Both the position numbers and the translations under genes were made by a program. Below, piece after piece: positions 38,533-52,300 of a stretch of 64,000 nucleotides of DNA. Under the pieces are notes generated by a model. That model had not been told where the DNA came from, did no database searches, and saw only the letters and a program-made list of their open reading frames with translations. This stretch comes from Ramazzottius varieornatus (taxonomy: Eukaryota; Animalia; Tardigrada): positions 186,001 to 250,000 of the forward strand of contig BDGG01000018.1 of assembly GCA_001949185.1 (NCBI GenBank), given 5' to 3'. The first letter of the stretch is position 1. The number at the start of each line of letters is the position of its first letter.

Positions 38533-39701
38533 ACGTCAGTAGTGCTGGCAAAAATACGATAAAATTCGATAAGATGTTTTTCGATAAAGTATAACCGGAT
38601 ATTTTATCGCGGTCTTCGATATTCATTCAGTATCGATATTTCGATGTGATATTTTTCCACTACCGTATTTTCGATATATCGCCTATTCACAATTCTACAC
38701 AAGTGTGTGAATTACAGGTGCAAGTCGCAGAGCAGTACGCAGGTGCCTGTCTCGCATCTCTGCTGAGAGGGCTGACAAATTGCAGTTGCGCACTTCGGCG
38801 ACATGCACCTTCGTACTACCCCGCGACTTGCACCTGTAATTCACACACTTGTGTAGAATTGTGAACAGGCTCGACAAGTCCTCATTCAGTTTTGTAATTT
38901 GGTAACGATACGGTATACCGATATCGTATCGCAATATATCGAATCTTTGCGATAAAATATGCGGCAGACATCGTATCGATGATATGGATATGAAGCTCAT
39001 CTCTAATAACGCAATAAAATATTCGGCGATATCGTATCGCACCATATCGATATATTTTCGATATATCGGTATTTTGCTGAATGGCAAACGCAGCAATAAT
39101 ATGGGTAAGCGGCAGCGTAAGTTAGTAAGGCAAAGTCTAATTCCGAAGTATGGAAAGGGAATCGAGACCGAACGAAACACTGCCAGCCAATCAAAAGAGC
39201 AGGTTTGCTACGGTAAAGTCAGCTGATTGGATGAGAATTGGTTGCAGTTTCGTCTCATTGCCAGTTCTCTATGACGCCGTTTGGCCACGGTTTACTGATT
39301 TGAAAACCTTGATTCTGGCCATCGTATGCCGACCAGGCGAGCACGCTCCGCCCATTCGGTTTTAGTACTAATTTTATCCAGGTTTTCATGTGTTTGAAGT
39401 CTTGGTATAGTCACGTTTTTGCTGCATCCGACGCTTCCGATCTTACTAACACTCAATGTGGAAATCGGCTTCTTGAGTTCTTGAGCCCGGACCAGTGGAA
39501 TTCCGACAAAAATTAAAATTGAAGAAATATCGGTATATCGCTGCGACATGATGCAATATATCGAAAATACGGTAGTGGAAAATATCACATCGAAATATCG
39601 ATACTGAATGAATATCGAAGACCGCGATAAAATATCCGGTGATACTTTATCGAAAAATATCGTATCGAATTTTATCGTATTTTTGCCAGCACTACTGACG
39701 T
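38533..39701. mobile_element. hAT-like non-autonomous element with ~150-bp ATCGAT-rich TIRs
   Basis: ACGTCAGTAGTGCTGGCAAAAATACGATAAAATTCGATA... mirrored by ...TATCGAATTTTATCGTATTTTTGCCAGCACTACTGACGT. Confidence 0.85.
38681..38870. mobile_element. Palindromic MITE nested inside the 38533-39701 element
   Basis: TTCACAATTCTACACAAGTGTGTGAATTACAGGTGCAAGTCGC has a perfect reverse complement ending at 38865. Confidence 0.88.
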
Positions 39702-39943
39702 AAGGCTTCAAACCGCACCTACTCTCGAGTTCCGCACCTGCCATATTTAATCAAGAGCTTGATTGCGTGGTTTTCGCTCCCAGTCCCAGTATTGTTCGGT
39801 TTAGCAGCTCATCACTGACCCTAATTCCGCGATTTCTGAAGGATCTTTCGCTGGATGCGTTGCCCTGGGTCTTTTGTTGACTGCTGGTACTACTAGACAA
39901 TTATCTGTCTTTGGGCTGGAGTAGGAGCTTGCCTTTGTCTGCG

Positions 39944-40977
39944 ATGAATGCGGGAAACTCGCCGTCGTTGCCGTTCGGAAGCGATAGCTACAGCACATCG
40001 TCGCGAGACAGCTCCAGATGTTCCGTCGACGAATGCAAGGAATTCATCGATAACGACCATGTCCCTCGCGCCCAGATGTCCCAAATCATCCTGGACTACC
40101 TCATCAACGGTAAGGCCATAACCTGTCGTACCAGACCATTCCTCTGAACACACATGTTGTTTCCCTGCAGCTGGACACAAAGATGCAGCAGTCAACTTCT
40201 CCCGCGAAGCTGCCATTGCCCTGCCTGTGCAGCCATCCTCCATGGACGATCGCGTCAAAGTCTTGGAAGCAGCCCACGAGGGAAGGATAGCCGACTGTAT
40301 GAAGATACTGCAGGAAAGCAGCCCCGATTTGCTCGAGCAGAATATGGATGTTTACTTGGCCATTATGGTAATTTGCAAGTTCACTACGTGAAGAAGGACA
40401 TTGTCCATGGGTGGTTGACTTGTGTAGAAGCAAATGCTGCTGGAGTTGATCCGGGAGAGGAAGATCAGCGACGCCCTGCAGTTCGCTCAAGATGTACTGG
40501 CAGAGAAGGGGGCGGAAGATCCAGCCTTGCTGGAAGACTTTGAACGAGCCATGGCGCTACTGGCCTTCGATAAGCCCGAAGATTCACCTTACGGAGACCT
40601 GCTGGAGCTCACACGCCGCGAAGAGGTACGAGCTATAGTCACTGTCATATCCTCCTTGATCAACAGATGATAGATATTCAGTGCGGGACACTTGCCATTT
40701 CTTCTTCCCAACGAAGAGGCACTGCTCTGTTGTCTTGCTCGTCACTGATTAAGGAAATGATGTCCTCTTGTTGTAGGTGAAAGCGCAATTGAACGAAACA
40801 TTACTTCGAGCCCATGGAAGGGACACCGAGTCAAAACTGGCCACCATCTGCAAGCTGCTGCTGTGGTCGCAAGAGGACCTCAAGAAAAAAGGTCTCAAGT
40901 TTCCCAAATTAACCGACATTGCCACCGGAATCATCTCCGACGACTCTTCAGACTTTGGAAGCGACGTCCTCATGTAG
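39944..40977 (+). CDS. GID8: GID/CTLH complex subunit GID8/TWA1; exons 39944-40109, 40171-40367, 40428-40625, 40777-40977
   Basis: LisH RAQMSQIILDYLINAGHKDAAVNF; CTLH; CRA LLELIRE..DALQFAQ..ERAMALLAFDKPEDSPYGDLL; KLLLWSQEDL..FPKLTDIATG. Confidence 0.93.
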
Positions 40978-41241
40978 AATAAAACTGCAACGATTGTTCC
41001 CTGCATTAGCCTTCTGCACTTTCTGTACAGAAGGACAATCCATTAGTTCCTCAGTTTGCTAATATCTTCTTTTTATGTCCGCCTGTGGAATTTTATTTTT
41101 GTCGGACTCTTGTTCAAACTCACGATAAACCAGAAAGTGAAGCAGCAGGATGTAAGAAATAAGAATGAAGAAGAACGAAACAACTTGCATCAAGTCTAAC
41201 AAATAAAAAGTGAGACAAGGATTTCATACAAGGACAAAGTC

Positions 41242-43093
41242 TCAGCTGGCTTTCCTGGCTTGAATCGCGGCTTGCGTTGTCGGCCTGGCCTTGGTCGGAT
41301 CATACTTGAAGGTCTTGACCACCGGTCCCATCCCTGACTGCCGAAAGTTGACCGCATCGACCCTTTCCCTATCAGCCAGCTCCCTTTGAATCCTCGAATT
41401 CTGCATGGCTGCAAGAAGAAAAGCACAAGCCTTGAATTGCCTACGGCCGAAATGAGTACAGCAAAGAGGGACTTACAGTCTCTCATGGCTTCCCGGAAGC
41501 CCTTCTTCTTCATGGGCAGATGATCAGGGTTGTGGACGACCTTGGGCGGGATCTTGAGAGCCTTGCGAATGACGGGGATCTTCAGTAGGCCCACCTGGCC
41601 CAGGGAAATGAGGTTGGAGGTGAACCAGTAGCAGAGCATGGCTGTGGGGAAGTAGGAAGTGAAGATGAGGGAGACGAAGGGGATGGTGCGCATAAAGTAC
41701 TTCATCAGGTGCATCTGCTGCATCTGCACACTCTGTCCCGTTCCTTCCACCCCAAACTCAATGACTAGGTACAGCGTGGCTGCCGTCATGATGGGCAGAG
41801 CAAAGTAGGGATCGGCCACGGTCAAGTCGGTGAACCACAAGGCTCCTTCCTGCTCCATGGAGGCCACCGGCGCGTTGGCCATTCCGCGCAGCGCGAAAAA
41901 GAAAGACATGAAGACCGGCGCCTAACAATCACACTTCCACGATCAATTATACTCCGCAGCCCTTCATGTAAAGGCAGTCTGAGAAGCCTTCAGTTACCTG
42001 GAGGAGACCGGGAATCATCGACTTGAGCGGGTTAAAGCCTGTCCTCTTCATGAAAGCTTGGAGTTCTCCGGCAGCCTGAGCGGCTGCATAGAACAAAGAC
42101 ACAGTTATGGCACATATCTCTTCCCAGCCTTTGATGTATCGTTCAGTGTTACGATTTGGGCTTACAGCCGTAAACATCACCGCGCGATCTGGCGTCGCTC
42201 ATTTTCAGCTGGATCTGCTGCATTTCCGGCATGTTCTGCTGCAGATAGGCGGCGTTCCTTTGGGCTTTTACCACCAGCGGAAACAGTAGTGCTCTGACCA
42301 TCACCGTCGCTGTCAAGACCCAGGTTAACGTGGACAGTTTGTGAAAACGCAGGTTAGTGAAGGAAGAGAACGATGTTTTCGGTTACCTACAACGATACAA
42401 GCCCACCAGGGCATTCCAGTAGTGCTATGCATGTAATCCATCCCCTGCTGTAATATCCCAGTGGGCCACCACGAGCCGAGGCCTAGCTCATGCAGATTGG
42501 AGGACGGTGCTGCCAGAACCATTTCGCCCAGTCCATCCGGCACGGCGGGAGCGTCCGGGGCGACAAAGTCATCACTCTGCCGAAAGAAAAGCGCTGCACT
42601 ACCGTGTGGTGTAACGAGCACAGCATGACGTCATGGGGCAATCACATCGATGCTACACAAGGCCGTGCGCAATCAATTGGCGTCTCTTGATTGGCGACAG
42701 CAGACCGGAAATGAATTTTGGACTTACGGGCGCTAGCTTCGGTGATATTACAGTCTCCGCTGCTTTCTGTGCGGCTTCTGCTTTCGTTGACATGAAAGCC
42801 ACAAATATTCTGGACGCGCTGGTGGGTATGCCGAGATGGAGGGAACTTCTGGCTAGTAGCGGAGATGGTCGGTCCATGGAGTATCGAGATCTGGCTGGCA
42901 GTAAATGCGCGTACCTGCGCACAATGTCTGCTTCCTCTGTGCCTGTAGTTGAGCGGGACGCCGATTCGCTCGAGAGGGATCTGCTCGCATGACATGATGC
43001 AAAGCAAGTCTGCGAAGGGAGTGCCGTGCATCGGAAGGGAGAGTAGGACAAAGTTATACGAGATGAGATCAGCCTTCTTGCTTGGGCAGCCAT
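41242..43093 (-). CDS. OXA1L: Mitochondrial inner-membrane insertase Oxa1; multi-exon
   Basis: Arg/Ser-rich presequence; LGLGSWWPTG..GMPWWACIV; FFALRGMANAPVASMEQEGALWFTDLTVADPYFALP; FPTAMLCYWFTSN; FKYDPTK. Confidence 0.93.
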
Positions 43094-44454
43094 CGTCGCG
43101 CCAGCTGCAAAAGATGCCGCTACTTCCTCCGCGCTACACGTCCAGATCTCGTTTTTTCTAAAGGCAAAAAGTCACATGAATGACATAGAAGCAGGTGGAA
43201 GACGTTCTGACTTGTGAACTGGACGAAGTCTTCATTCGGGAGAAATCAATTTTGTTTTATTTTTCAGTTTTCATGCGCCTGAGTCCAAGTACTACAGTAC
43301 TGGGTGGCCACACAGTAAAACTGTACTCATTACGCAATACGTTACTCCAGTTTGTTCCCCTGTCAATAGAAACCAAGGGGATAACCCGGATTAGAAGAGG
43401 TATTGTCTACCTGATTTCTATAGCAGATGTACCAGTCCTGTCCGTTCCGCTTTTCGGGCCCCGAACCGTCGCAGTTCCCTCTCCTGTTCCCAAGCGAACG
43501 TAAGGAACGCCGGAAGGTGCATTCGGTGCGCACACGTGCTTTTCTATCACGCACAACTTTTCACTTTCCAGTTTGACTGTTTGAGACTCATCGCATTGTC
43601 AGAAGTGGGGGAGTCTCCTTCAGCCTTAAGGAACAGTCGGAAGAGATTCCCCATCTCACAGAAATCTTAATTTTTGTTTGATTACAAGCGTATCCTGTTT
43701 ATCTTTCTCATTTTTGATTTCACCCAGACATCAGTCATACAAGCTTTGATTGGGAAGGAATAGTCCATCTCGCTGCGAATGTACGGCAATTTCTCCTCGT
43801 CTTGTCCCTGAAGGTGAGCTTACATCCGGTTAGGAGATTATGCTCCTGAGCACAGTTGTAGAACTTACGGCTTGTTGACTTTGATGAGTATTATGCTTGT
43901 CGTGTTTGTTTGAGCAAGCGGTTTACCTTTCTTCAGTAGCTGCGGTACCGCAGTACGGGTTGCGTGTCGGTGTCTGACTTGCGGTTCGGTCTGGCCTCTG
44001 ATAGATCAGCTTGGGCTGGTGTTTGGCAAAACAAACTGTATTGTCCGGCTATCGGTGCTACGTTTCTGGACGTCACACGTATGGTACTTACTTGTCTGCC
44101 GCCACTGATTATCGCCTCAACCGCGATTAGATCCAGGCTACCGTACACGATCCGAGCTGATTGACAACAGTTTCTATCCCTTCAGACCTCTCTTCCCAAA
44201 ATTCGTTCTTGTTTTTCAAAAAAATCTTATTTCTTGAATTCTTGACAGCTGGAATAATTTAGAAGTATCGTCTCCATCAGGAACTGGCTTACATTGGTCT
44301 ATTTGTGTCGTCTGAGTTGATTAGAAGAGATATTTTGGTCGTGTACGTCTGACATTTGGGAAGATTGATTCAGCAGACAGTTGCGTGCTCAATGACGTGT
44401 ACTCATTCCTTCTTCTTTACCTTGCAGATTCGCCACAACTGAACGTCTCTAACC

Positions 44455-45969
44455 ATGGTGATGGAATCCCAGACTGAAGTCAAGGCTTCCATGCCGCAAG
44501 TCTTGGTGATAAACCCAAAGAACAGTCTGTTGTTCAAAGGTAAGTCAGCTTTTTGTCGCCACGGCTTTTTCCGTTAATGTATACCTCGGTTATGTAACGG
44601 CACTGTCAACTGACAGGTCCTTCCAACCAACCTGCCAATGTGCAGATTGGCCTGACCAACCCTTCGACAAAGTGGGTAGCCTTCAAAGTCAAGACCACCG
44701 CCCCAAAGCGTTACTGCGTGCGTCCCAACGGTGGCTTCATCAGGTCCAACGAGTCTTGCAGCGTCAACATTGCCTACCAACCAGGAGACGGCCCCAACGA
44801 CGCCGCCGAAAGACTCAAGCACAAGTTCCTTGTGCAGGCCATCTTCACAGATAACGACCAAGTCCACCTAGATCAGATAGTAAGTCTGAGCTTCGCCCCA
44901 GAACATTGACTAATTCAACCTTCAATTTTGTCGTAAAATATATCTAACCCGAAGCAGTCGCGCGTGGGGAAGTGATCCGTTTACTTTGCCCCACCCACGC
45001 ACCATGAAAATGAACCACGTACTGTATGCGGGGGGCGGCTGGGGGATAATACACGGTCTGATGGGCTCAGTGCGCGGGTTCGTCGGGGTGGCTGAGTATG
45101 CGCGTTTTAGTGGGTTCTGTATAGTGATAAGGTCCATTCTTTACAGTGGAAGGATGTTCCGAAGGATCAAATCATGGAGTCAAAGATACGCTGCGTGTTC
45201 GATGACGCTGACACAGGTGATAACGTGGGCGGTGCAGGAGGAGGAAGTGGACAGCCTAAAGGCGATGTCTTGAGCGCACCTGACGTGACGGGAGGCGTCA
45301 GCGACGCGGCAAAGTCCATGGCACACACTGTCGAGGCTGCAACACGCTCCGGAATGGTAAGCCAGTCTTTGACAGAAGCTGTGATCGAGCTGTATGAAAG
45401 AACTGTGGTTACAGGCAAACGTTGGTCAGACAGAACTTGAGCTGCGGCGAATGGGAGAAGACTACCGACGGGCACAGGACGAGATAAATAATTTACGCGA
45501 CGAAAACCGACGATTACGAGTAAGTCTTTTCCCCCAACAGCATGGCCGCCATGGCCTAGAAAAAGCTGTTTACTGCTAGTATTAGCGGAAATTTAGAGGC
45601 CGGCAACGGAAACCTTCAAAATCGTTCTTCTAAGTGGCGCACGCTTCCAGCCGGCAATACGGTAAACGTGCGCCGCCTGAGAAAACGATCTTGCTCCTTT
45701 CGTCTGTCGACCTATCAATGCCTATTCTTCGCCGGAGTGAATGCAGGGGTGGTTCTTTGTGTTTTCAGGACGAAAGCGCGCGAATGAAGAAGTCGATTCA
45801 GTCGATCGGGCAGTCGCCAAACACGTCGGGGATTTCTTCGGTGCAAAGCGGCTTCGGATCTTCCCAAGACTTTGTGGGCACTTTGAAGACGGACTTGACA
45901 AAAGTGACGACCATAGTAGCACTTCTGGTGGCCATGTTTGTCGGTTTGATTCTCTCAAAGATATTCTAA
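44455..45969 (+). CDS. VAP: VAMP-associated protein (MSP domain, coiled coil, TM anchor); 5 coding exons
   Basis: AFKVKTTAPKRYCVRPNGG; KHKFLVQ; MESKIRCVF; coiled coil AQDEINNLRDENRRLR; C-terminal TM IVALLVAMFVGLILSK. Confidence 0.94.
45628..45682. repeat. N25 hairpin-family copy in the last VAP intron
   Basis: Arms 45633-42/45668-77; 25-nt spacer. Confidence 0.8.
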
Positions 45970-46399
45970 GCGTGATAACAGTTCGATGGAGTACACATTT
46001 TACCTTGAGGCTCTTTTGAAGTGGAAAAAGGAAGGAAGCTGACTTTCTTTCTCTTTGACCACGTTGTAGTCCTGTTGCTTGTCATCTTTTTAACGGTCGT
46101 TTTTCCAGCTCCTCCAAAGGTCTTTGTCGCTTGCAAATGTTGTCCATTCTCTCTAACTCTAGTACACCCTTCGTCTATCGTTTCTCTGGCATTTTTCCGA
46201 CCAACGTCCGATCATGCAGCAGAATGTTTTTTGCAAAGTTCTTCTCTTAGATCTTTTTATCCCCAATGCAGTATCTTCCAGCGTGATTAGTACATCGATA
46301 GTACCAAGGTTTACTTCTGCCGCAGAATACCTAACCGAACAGAAGTCCTGTATTTATCTGGAATTTTGCCTCAAATGGAGATGCTTTGTGGAAGACATT

Positions 46400-49300
46400 T
46401 CCTGATGATTAGATCGCTTAGCGTGGTCATTTAGCGCCTTGTTAATGCCTCGGGTGAGTTAGGTGGGCTGACGGCATTAAAGTCCTAACAAGGAAAGGTA
46501 GGCTGCTGCTTGACGTTCCTTGGGTGTCGTGTGTCCAGCGGGATGTGGGAGAGGAAGTAGGGAAGTGGCATATAAAGGAGTCTTGGTTGGTCCTTGATCA
46601 ACAATAGCTTGCTGATGTCAATGCATGGGACGGTTTGTGACGACTGATCGATGTGGACGATGGGGCAGAAGAATTGACGGCATGGCGGCCTTGTCTTTTC
46701 TTCCCGCCTTGCCCTGGCTTCTCAGGCACGCATCCATACAGTGTAGCTGGTTTGTATATAACCGTGGTCGCTGGCTGTTAAGTGCAAAGCAATGCAAGTA
46801 GCGCAACGAAGGGCCTGCAGGGGCGCCACAGCACCATTCTTCCCGACCATGATCGCCTTCTCTTGTTATTCTTGGGATGACAGAAGGGTCAAGTCAATAA
46901 ATTAGCCCCCCTTTTTTTCGTGGGCCGCAACCTACACAGGACCACAAACCCTCCGCTGGCTTACCACCAACCGGCCTTTAGCTGACGAGCAGCGCGCAGG
47001 ACCGGGGAAAGAAACGACAAATGCAGCTACCTCGCTTCTTGCGAATTGTGCACACGATTCCCCCCGCTACCTCGATTTGTTGAGGCCCTGCAGATGAGTT
47101 GTGGAAAGTGTTGATGCTGGACCAGATGCATCAAGCTTAAATTATCAAACATACTGAAAGCCCCGCAGTTCGTATAGATCGTATTATTGCCTGCTCAACG
47201 CTGATCCTTCTAGTCTTTGCAGCTGGTTGAGCAGGCCATTGAAATCCGACAAGCTGATATAGGTGAAGTCGAAGCGGACTTTTCTTGTTTGGATTTGCAG
47301 TGTATCATAGACTGCCAGACGATAAAGGGTTAGCCAAAGTGGGCGCAACTTGCTGGTCCCTGGACCTGCCCTAAGCCTATACTGGATACAGTTGGAGCGC
47401 CAGTATTTAGGAGGTCTTTACCATAATGATCTAGGACCTCAATGATGCGTAGACGGGGATAACAGCCACGATCATTAGCCTCATAAGTCGATGGCATTGT
47501 CCCAGCTGCAGCTACGTGGGTACTGCCCGTCTACAGTACGTGCAGCGGGATCGTTGGAGCCTTGGGCATCTTGTTAGCCAGCGTGCTGAGCAGCCTTTAA
47601 TTTGCCTTTGCCAAAGATGTTGTTGTGGGCTGCCTCAAGAGGAGCTGCAGATTGGAAGAAGAGGAAGAATGGGCCGTGCGCGAGCGCCGTGACACGTTGG
47701 TGAAGGAGTGAGTGAGTGGCAGCAATGGTTGATGACAGCAGCACTGATGTTAACCTATTGAAGGAAGCTGGCTGGAGCCTGGGCTACATGGCTACAGCGA
47801 TGAAAACAAGCGGAAGAGACAAGAGAGTGCCGTGCCATTGTCGTGGCCATGCCACAGGAGGCAAAGGAGCAGATCCATTGTGTCCATGGCCAAAGGATGA
47901 TGGCGAGCCTCAGCCCGCAAAAATCAATATTCTTTTATTATAGTTCCCCCCTTTGCTTTCGCTGTCGCTTCCACTCTCCTTTCCTCCCATCCTGACGATC
48001 CGGATCCTGCACTGCAATGCAGTAGGACGCAGAAACACAGCACAGGTCATCCCTCCTTTCGATTTATTATGTACTGTCAAAGGGAGGAAAGGCAATGTTG
48101 TTCAGGAATCCATTCAAATGCAGGATTGACATCCAATCTATTCTCCTGATAATCCCTTTCCTCTTCCTTCACATTGGCCTTTGTACTTTGTCCCATGCAG
48201 GCCACATCCATAGCTATCCAGCCAAGACTTTATTGCTCCCCTTTTCTTCTTGTTGCTCCCCCAAACTTTCACGCCATATAACCTGTCCCGTGATACCATC
48301 GCTATAGTATCTGATATTACAGGTTATATATCCATATCCTTGTCTGTTTCTGACAGAACTCTCCTCCAGCAAAAGTTCAGCGCTGGTCTGCTGGTCAGGA
48401 AGGGAAAGCTGACGCCAAGCCAACTGCAACTGTGGCATCGGAGAGTCCCTGGCCGCCAAGCTGCACTTCCGGTACGCCAATGCCCCATATCTCAGAGTGG
48501 ACCTGGAAGATACTAACCACGCCCAAGAGGTCCCAGCAGCCAGCAAGAGGCCACAACTCTGGTAAGCTTGGCACCGACCAACGTCCTGTCCCTACAGTTT
48601 GCTACTAAAACAGATTCAATATATCCAGTAAGAGGCGAAGCTTCTGTGGGGGGTAGACAACGTCAAAGACAGCTGGTGGTAATGGTAGGCTCCTTGACGC
48701 AGGTAGGAATGTTCTAGTTGGTCGAGCGGGTATAGCGTAATGCGGATATGCAGTGCGCGACTTGGGGCGGGTATACTCTTCATAGTCTTCGGCGCTAGGG
48801 TCTGTTGAAGTACGCTCTTCTTGGCCTCTGCCATCGTCCTGGCCCAGTTTGTCGATCACATTACAAGGAGCGCCATACATCACCTGCATGATTGATAGGG
48901 TTGCAAATGAAGACAAAAATGCCTGCATGCATGGGCCACAGCCCACAGGACAGGAAAATCGATGCATGTGTTTTGCTAGCTCTCATGGCACCATCGACGG
49001 CACCCACTCCACTGTTTGTCCGCTCATCCATCCCTCTCCAGTCAAGCAAACCTTCCTTTGTACCTCCGCTCAATATTGTTTACGCCTTTATTGTCCTCAA
49101 AAGTTTCACCCTCCTAGATATTCAGCCACTTTTTGCGAATCCAAAAAGCAGCACTCCTAAATAACCAGCTCCAGCTTCAGTGGCCAAAATGGGCTGTCAT
49201 TTTGGTGGAGAAAGACATACGTAAGATATGAGCCAGTTAGGTTGGGTTTTTGGGACCTTCCAGCTAGCTGTGGAAGGGTTTACTTTGTACTTGGAAATCC

Positions 49301-52300
49301 TCTTGAAAAATCCTTTGGGAAAGTTGATAGGGAACAAACAATAGGTAGGGGGGCACGTGAGTTGACGTCGGCGTCGCCGAGGTGATGAGGTGACGGTTAG
49401 ATAAACGGCACAGCACGAGGCTTACAGTCACTGGCAGGGATAAGAGGGGATGAAGATAATGGGATTTGAGATTTGCTGTACGTCTGCCGATCTTTACCGG
49501 CTAGGAATGTGTGAGGGGGCTAACGATGCATGCTGTAGGTGTAGGCGCTCTGATGCCTGTAGCGCTTCAAGGAAAGGCTCGAAGGGAGATTTTTCATTGG
49601 AATGGCGCAGCGGAGACTTTAAAGGCTAGCAGACAGGTTACGATTGACATTGCGGACGTCAAAGGGAAGGGAGGGAAGGGAGGGAAGGGAGAGATGGTGC
49701 CTACCAGCTGTAGCATGCAGCGGATGGTCATTCGCCCATATCAAGTTGGTTATTGAGGCATTAGGTTAATGGGTCGTAGTGGCAAATATGCTGACTGACC
49801 GCAGCTAAGCCTCTTCAATGGAATTTACATCACTGTCTAAGCTAGACATGCCATTGTCTGCTCCTGTCTCCATATATGTATGCGAGTGAGGAGGACAAGC
49901 AACTTCTGTCGGTAGATACTGTCTTGACTGTCCAGTTGTTCCCCACTGTGTCAAACGGTTGAGGCCAAGTCTAGCGCCTGGACGCATTGTCCAGAACTAA
50001 TTGTCCTCTCTCTTCCTCTCTCTCGCCTCAACAAGTGCAATATTGATCGCAACGCTTTGGGCCAATGCGACGTAAACAACATGTTATTCCCCTTTAATTC
50101 CTCTGGCCTGTCATTGTCTGTCAGGATAGTTTACCCCTATACTCCTCTCTGATCATCAGCCCATCCACTCGATCCTTCTTCTCCACCTTAGCTTTGGCCA
50201 AAGCCTAGACGGTGCACTGTAGGCAAGACATTGGCGCACCTATACCAAGAACCAGCAGGAAAGGACCGATGGGTTAAGCCGCCCATTAAAATCTCAGGCG
50301 CCCTGCTTCTCAAGGAGAGAGATTACAGCCAAAGTCAAGACACAAAAGAGAGACGTTCTATCAACATTTCGTTTGCCATTTGCTGTTCCATATGTTATAT
50401 GTTGATTTGAATTGTCAGACTGCAGATTGCAGTTTTTTAGCAGCTTGTATATGGTCGACGTCTGGTTGTGGCACTGAGAGTCCAGCGAGACAGGAGGTGG
50501 CCCATGCAGGGAGCGCAGTGGGCCTTACCTGATCCCCTTTTTGTCCATTGTGATCACATTCCCCTCCCCCCATGCGCTTTTAAGATTGAGTGGCATAGAC
50601 TGGAGAGAGAAAATGTCCGGAAAAGACAGCGAGGGTTGGCCATCGTACCATACAATACAATAGATTACGTGCTGCACAGTGGGGCGTGGTCACATGGGAA
50701 GACCATGCTCTTTAGCGTATAATTTTCAGCCGTTTTTGGTACAGGCACATTTTTGGTGGTCGACTTTGCATCAGAATGGAAGGTAATTAAGTGCAGTGAC
50801 AATGCTCGAGCGTTTTAATGGAAAGTGCCGATTGTAGCCGGTTGGGTAAAGTAGTGAGAATGAAGTCGGCCTTTGTTGGGGCCTGTCCATGATTACAAGG
50901 GCTTGCGTGGCATAGTTGTTCTGCGGTGAGAAATATTGGCAGACAATGGGCAATCTGTGTGCTGCAACGGCACTGGAAACTTGTCACATTGTACTGTGTG
51001 AACGTATGCGCAACGATTATCGGCGCCACAATCAGGAAATCGCAAGGAGAAAGAGAGAAGGACAGAAAGAACGGCGTTGCATTCCCCGATGGGCACAAGG
51101 CTATTGTTGTCCAAGCTAGCTCAACTCAAAACTTGCTCGTCGTTGCCTTTAAAGTCGGCAGTGTGCCGGCAAATCGGCCAGAGTTAACTTTACTTCCAGT
51201 TGCTCCCTTCTTGTTGGTTGAGACACTTGCATCTGCCGGCCACAAAGTGATTCTTTTGTCCTACAACCAGTTTCTTTCTTCCAGCTCCATATATTGTCAT
51301 GGACATTTTTTGAGGCATCACATTCATTGACGATGGACCACAGTCAACTCCATTGTCCACTGTGGGGTAAGTCGTGCTTCCTTCAAAAGACAAGCTTGCC
51401 ATCCCATTTGCAAAACGAAGTGCCCAAGGCTCTCTGTGCGCAAAGCTCCCTCCAAATGCTTATCCCACGCTTGGCCCCTACAATGGGATGATCATGTAGA
51501 TTTCTCCTTCTTACCATGGAAGCAAGCATATTAGCAAGGCGCACTGTCGGTGTCCTTCAGTAGACATCCAGCCGCCAAAATAATTGTATCTCGATGGTCT
51601 TTTGACTGAGGGCAATTTTTTACGCTGTTTTTTGCGTCGGCCACCATTTCAGGCAGATCGTAGAAAATTGTCCAGATGGACAGATTCAGGGATGGAAATT
51701 GCATGGCATGTCAATGACTGGAAGAAAAGCTCCATGGGAGAAAAGTTTTGAGTTGGAGTTTTGAGTTGGTCATTAGAACGTGTTATTGTGTCCAAAGTTA
51801 GAGTGCGGGCATGTCGATGGAATTTTGTGGTTGAGCCTTTGACGATGGGTGGCTGTGGCGTGCCGTGCGGGGCTGATGCTGCTTATGGCAATCTTGTTGT
51901 TCACCCTTCGATGAAATCTTGAGCGATCGGCGAGCAAGGAGGGAATAGGAGAATGAGAGGACAGCTTTGTCAGTCACTTTGGCCAAAAGTGCAAAGCAGG
52001 AGAAAAACAAGGAGTAAAAATAGTCGCATAATCTAACATCCTTGTCCGTTATTATGGCCAGGCTATGGCTATAGCTGGCTGCTGTTGCAGCGTACTGTGC
52101 ACATGAGCGGCCTTTGACACATGGAAGACCTTCTGTAAGAACAGTGAGCTATATATCCCGCACAACAGGACAGACAGATATCCTTTTCCAAAGAGTAGTG
52201 AGGGGCCATCTTTAAAAAGCCCTGTCATTTCTTGGTGTGACGGTGTTGCTTTCGTGTTGAAAGTGCAGAAGAGAGTGTACAGTGGCAGTGTCTGTTGAAA

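Noticed and set aside
38646-39744. ORFs of 60-160 aa rich in I/S/Y/R/D
   Set aside because: Translations of ATCGAT-rich TIRs and a palindromic MITE.
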